Shown: piece after piece, positions 58,496 to 64,000 of the stretch
Layout of the letters: each line of letters opens with the position of its first letter
Numbering within the stretch: the stretch's first letter is position 1
Source: Camelus ferus
Lineage: Eukaryota
Assembly (NCBI RefSeq): GCF_009834535.1
Contig: NC_045697.1
Coordinates: 50,532,001 to 50,596,000 of the forward strand
Direction: 5' to 3'
DNA length: 64,000 nucleotides
The notes under the pieces: model-generated
Seen by the model: the letters and a program-made list of their open reading frames with translations, nothing else
What the model was told of the DNA's origin: nothing
Databases searched by the model: none
Translations under genes and position numbers: made by a program

Positions 58496-60927
58496 GAGAA
58501 AGGGAGAGTGTAGCTTTAGACCATCTTGAGACGCTGTTAGAAAGTGGCACGTTAATCAAGTTAGGAGAAAGACAAAAGGAGAAGAGTCCCAAAGGAAAAT
58601 AGGAAAGTCACCAGGGCTCTTGTTCTGTGTACTTTAACTCGGTGAAAAGGAGTTAATGTGAGAAAGCAAGAGAATATAGTTCAGTAAGCGTCTGTTAGAC
58701 ATCTTAAGGTAACAGATAAATCCTCGGAAGTCTGACCAGTCAACACAAAGCATTCTTTGTGAGCTGTTTGTTTTTTCTTGGTAATGAGGAAGAAATAGCT
58801 CCCAAGAGGAAAGAGAACGTTCTTTGAAGTAGTTCCTTTCATTTGGGCCTTATCATTTCATTGGCTTGGCTGGTCCTGCAAGGCGGTAGTGAAGCAATGG
58901 GAAAGGGAAACAGCTGTGTCTCTGACAGTCGTGGGAGCGTCTCACCTGGCAGTGGAAGCAAGGACTGGCAGGATGGGGAGAGAGGTGAGCAGAAATTGCA
59001 GGAGTTCTAATTCACAAATCCCAGGGGGTAAGGTGGATGTATACCAGTTATCTGCTCCATATGGCACAATCAAAGTATGGTCTGAGAAGTTCCCCATGTA
59101 GGAAATTGGAATGATAATGCAGCTCTCCACTGGGAATTAGTAGTTACTCCGTAGGGTAAGTAGGTTTGCCATTTGGTCTGCACAAGCATGTGGTCAGAGT
59201 CGTTGGAAAGAACTTGGGCTTTGGAGGCAAATAAATCTCCCCTTGACAATTATAAATTGTGTGTTCTCACACTAATCGTAAGATTATATTCCACATTTAT
59301 AAAAATAAACACAATGACACTTCCCAAAGCCCTACGTTTGCTATAAAAATAAAATTAGATGAAAGCACAGAGCGTGGTGCTTGGCACATGGTAGCATTTG
59401 ATGAATGACAATTGCCTTTGGCTTCTTAGTTTTTTAACTGAAATCTCAAACACAGTATGAACATTGTGTTGTATATAGCTTTACTGATATTAAGTTGCTG
59501 TAAGTGACCTTCTTCCTATGTAACCAAAATACCTGTCTTTATTTTTAAGTTGCTTCAAACTTTTTTTCCTTCGAAAAAGTCAAGGTGTAATTAAATTTCC
59601 ATAAATAAATGTTGTTAATCTCCTGGCAATTTTAACAATTCAATTTATTTTGTGAATATCCCTAGTTATTTCGATAGGGTAAAAAACAAATACGGCTTAA
59701 TGGATCACATGTAAATAAACTAAAGTTGCCCCAATTTTACCTCTTTTATCCACTGTTGTTATGTGACTATGACCGCCAGCTGATTCCAGGAAACCAATGT
59801 GATAATTAGTGAGCCATATTTTGTGTCTTTGTTCAGGGGAGGGAGGGGTGCCTTTCCCTTCCATAATTATTCTAGGATTAGGGGTGTACCAACCAGTTTC
59901 CATCGAGTTTACAGGCCAGAATCCCTAATGAGGCACACTGGATGGTGAGAAAACTTTTAATGAGTATATAAGAATAAACAGTATGTTAAAAAAAAAAGTT
60001 TTGATTTGATCTCTAACTTAATTCCTCGGCCATGAAAACACAAAAAATGTACCAGGAATTAACAGTTTTTCAGCTGGAACACATACTTTGCTAAAAACAA
60101 ATCAGGGTCTAATGACAAAAAAAATGGAAATGATAGGATAACTTTTGCCCTTTTCAACAGATTATTGATTCCTAAAGAAGGTCACATCACTCTGAGAGTA
60201 GGCTCTTTAGGATTGCCACGCGTTGTGGAAGGGACACATATGGCAGGCTGTTTTGGAAAAGCAGAACTGGAATAAAGATGTAGAAATACTCTACTCAGAT
60301 GAGTAAAATGCCAAGTCTTTTGAATGTATGAATGTGAAACGTTATTAATTGGCAGGTAGTTATAGAATTGTAGGTATAACTCTGCAAGCTTTGCAGATTT
60401 AAACCTCACATTTGTTTTTTGCCTTCTTTAAATATGCCCCTTGGGTTCTATTGGAAAGTGTTACTAATAAAATGTGGAGTGTGACCAATACAGCTATAAA
60501 TTCTTGAGAAACAGTATGCATGCTTGATGCCTGCTCCTTCAGTTATTATAACACTTTCATTTAAGATAAAATAAACAACAAAAATAAAAGCACACCCTGC
60601 TTTCCAAAATTATGGCAACAATAGCCAAAAGCACAATGAAGAATCGATGTCAGGGTTTAGAGTCAGATGGGGTTCCCCGTCCTGCTCCAACCACTTCATT
60701 CTATGACCACAGGCAAATCAATTCACTTTAAGCCTCAACTTTTTGCATCTATAAGGATAATTAACTTACTGACCTCCAAAGGGTATTGTGATATTTAAAT
60801 AAGATGATGTTTCAGAAATGCTCAATAAATATTAGTCCTTATCATCATAATAAATAAACATTATGAACACCAATATTTAAATAAAATGATGAAAAGCCTA
60901 TACTGAAGCTCTCTATTCAAGAGAGAG

Positions 60928-61090
60928 TTTTGAAATCTGTTTGATACTATTATTTTAAATTATTTTAAAAATCTGTTTGATATTATTATATTAAAATCTG
61001 ATATTATTTTAAAATCTGATATTATTTTAAATTATTATTTTATTATTATTATTTTAAAATCTGTTTGATAACCACTATATTTTAAAAAAT
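60928..61090. repeat. AT-rich irregular tandem array of aaatctg(ttt)gata-ttattttaa units
   Basis: Five aaatctg cores with variable ttatt spacers. Confidence 0.85.
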
Positions 61091-64000
61091 AATGTTCTAT
61101 GATATTCAGAAATATGAGAAGGTATTAATTATTTATCATACAGAAAAAAATCTAATGGTCTTATATCTACTTTTTCAGAAATATCAGGAACTAGCTAGTG
61201 CTGGAGATGAATCGGATAAATCTGAAACTAAATAGGTTTTTCTAAGGTTTAAAATATTTATATAGAGGCAAAAAAATGGATGTGCCTCTATTCACTACAA
61301 AGCTTGCTTCAGTTAAAATCTGGATTTGCCCTCAACTGACTATAGCAGAACAAGGTATTGATGACATCTGGGTAGCTCTAGGGGCTTGAGGCAAGACGAA
61401 CGAATTTCAGCAGCAAGAACCCTTCAAGATAGATTGGCAAAGGTAGAAATCAGGAACTCAAATGAGAACAGGTAGGGGTCTTCCCACCCTGCCTCTTTCC
61501 TCATATTCCTGCCCTACTCCTTCCTCTTGGTGCTAGTTGAAAACTAGATGACTTCTTTCTATTATCTATCTGGAAATAAACTTGAAAACCAAAATTACCC
61601 TCACTTTATCCCTAAGTCTTTCAGTTTCCCATCTCTCTTTTTAAAATAAACTTTACTAAGATATACATCCCATACTTTTAATTCACACGTCTTTTCATTT
61701 CTTCTTTTCTCCCAAGGAAAGTAATTTAATTAAAATGTTTGGTACCCGGCAGGAGACCAGCCATTTCAGTTTAGTACAGCTTCCCCACGCTCCTCTAAAT
61801 TAAAGGCTAGCAGCCCCAGAAGACAACACAGACAGCAGGCAGAATCTTGCCACGGACCAGGAATGGGTCATCTTAATATATTTAAATTTCATTTTATAAT
61901 TAGGGAATCAATACATCCTGAAGAATTTACTCAGAGAATTCAGAGAAAGATGAAGAATCAATATTTATCTATCACCTATTAACTACTAGCCTGAGGTAAA
62001 AACACTTCTCAAGTTGTATTCTTTTTCATCTTTGTTTTCTGTCAGTGTGTGTGTGTGTTTGGTGGGGGGGGGGGTGTTATATTTAGATTTCTATCATGTC
62101 TGTAACCTAACATAATTATTTTTCAAAATAGAATTGTTTGTAATAAGTCCTTTTTATAGCTACACCACCATTCATTAAATATTCCCGTGTTGTTGAATGT
62201 GTATGCTGTTTTTAACTCTTTGCTATCATAAATTTGTGATGGATATCCTTGAATGTTAACTATGAAAGTCTCCTTACAATTCTCTTTAGGATAAATTCCC
62301 GGATGTAGTATTTTGAGAACTGAGATAATGTGTGCTCACAAGCCTATATCTAAAGCAAGTTTTAAAATCTATTTATTTATATTTGAAGACATTTATTTAA
62401 GTTTACATCTCATCTAGTGCCCACATCAAACTAATGTCATTTTCCAAGTTATTTCCAAGCCATTCAGTACTCTTTTGCAAAGCTTCCACTAAAAAATCAG
62501 AAAATTTATCATAAAGTAGTGGAGGGGGAACCTCTTTCAGGTAGTTTTTCGTTCAAAAAAGTAAATTTGGGGTGCTATCTTAGTTACCTAAAAGGACTTC
62601 TGTTACTCTTAGTATGTAAGGAGGGATTCTCATTCATCCTAACGTGGTACATCACTTTATTTTTAGAACTGTCCTGACTGTTCTGTGAAGGATATGTGTC
62701 ATGTGTCCTTTGTTTTGTGTGTGTGTATGTTTTATAGAGATAAGGAATCTTCCTTGCTTATGTTTAAAACAAGTGTAAGTATGAATTATGAAACATGCAC
62801 AACAGAAATGATTGAAATGCACCTGCCCTTTATTTTTGTAATGTAATATCTGATCTCTGATATTGATTACCATCTTGATTTAAAGGACACATATTAGTAA
62901 GATACTAAGAGCAGATTGCCTGCAATGTGCACACTCAGAGAAGAACTATGACTTTTTAAAATCTGTTCCAACCACAGTCATAAAGCCCACATGCATGCGT
63001 AGTACTCATCAATCCTCAACAAAGATAAGTCATTCTAAAGTAAGCAATTATTAATTAGACAAATCAGAAATAAAATTTGGAAAGAATTGCACCTAGGTGA
63101 TAGAGCAAGAGACAGAGCCAGAAACCTTTCTCTGACTATATAAATGGGTAAAAAGAAAGGACTTTTCACAGAAAGCTGCCTGAGGAGATCTATAGCAACA
63201 CAGTGACTCCCTCCTTCTCACTGTTCCCCTTCAGAACCAAAGCCACACCTAGAGCAGGTAGTCAGGTGCACAGTCAGATTCTCCATAGCCTATTTCAAAC
63301 ACCACCTCTGTACAGATAATTACACAAGTGTTGATGTGGGACACTCCATCCCTGAATTTTTTTTTAATTTTCCTGAATTTTAATTAGATGTATGGATGTT
63401 ATTTCAAAGCCACAACTAATAATGACTGATTGTAGATCAATGAAATCATTTCACTTTCTGCCAGTCAACGCATGTTTGGAAGAGACATTCAGCAATATTC
63501 CACAATCTGAACATATCACAGGAATGATGACTTCACCAAAGAAGGGCTCATATTCCTACCCACATGAGAAAGGAAAGCCATAGTATTTTCTTGTTCTTCA
63601 TTGATGACAGTCATCACTTCTCAGCTGTTTCTCTGCCGCCTCCCCACCTTACCTTTGAATTCTGCAGGTGTAAGCTCTGAGTCAGCAGTGCTGATGCAAT
63701 GCCATATTAAGCCTTCACGAAGGGGAACAGCCCCAAACAAGGTACTAAGGAGAATCTAAGGTGGAACAGATCCTGAAGAGCCCATCTGCCCCTATAAAGG
63801 CTCACCTCAAGTTTTAGGAAAAAAACTTAAACCAAGATAAGCATCTAACTTCTAAAGAAGGAAGTTGTTCATTAAATATTGAATTGTCTATTCTCCAGTG
63901 TAAGGTTCTTTATTAGGTACAAGAAATACAAAGATAAATAGGAAATGGTCCTGGCTACTGGAAGTCACAATACAATGGGAGTCACATCAATGCTGTCTCC

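Noticed and set aside
861..63684. About ten AP-1 (TGAG/CTCA) heptamers across the window
   Set aside because: Close to chance expectation for a 7-mer in 64 kb, with no convincing cluster.
36234..64000. Search for the next upstream MTHFD2L exon (expected DATVT..H..T-type segment)
   Set aside because: Not found by eye on the minus strand; it probably lies beyond the right edge of the window.

Overview
Mammalian nuclear DNA, most likely a camelid (alpaca, llama or camel), inferred from two tRNA-derived SINEs of the Vic-1 type. Two protein-coding genes lie in tandem on the minus strand. The first is the 3' end of MTHFD2L: penultimate exon 36108-36233, last coding exon 15701-15813, probable poly(A) signal at 14468-14473; its upstream exons lie beyond the right edge. 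The second is the complete five-exon EPGN (epigen) gene: CDS 9741->3771, 153 aa, all GT-AG junctions and phases consistent, TATA box at 9825-9830. The ORF track misses EPGN entirely. The MTHFD2L introns hold a BOLA3 processed pseudogene nested in two layers of MaLR LTRs, a decayed class I ERV (gag-pro-RT) split by an L1, several solo LTRs, L1/L2/MIR copies, and Tigger and Charlie DNA transposons. I see no new multi-gene system. The best leads are a phase-compatible MTHFD2L-EPGN read-through splice, a younger L1 inserted in exact register into an older L1, a 30-bp L1 stub donating a sense AATAAA downstream of EPGN, and a sense LTR plus AATAAA cluster just before the last MTHFD2L exon. Gene and repeat family names come from recalled sequences, not from database searches.
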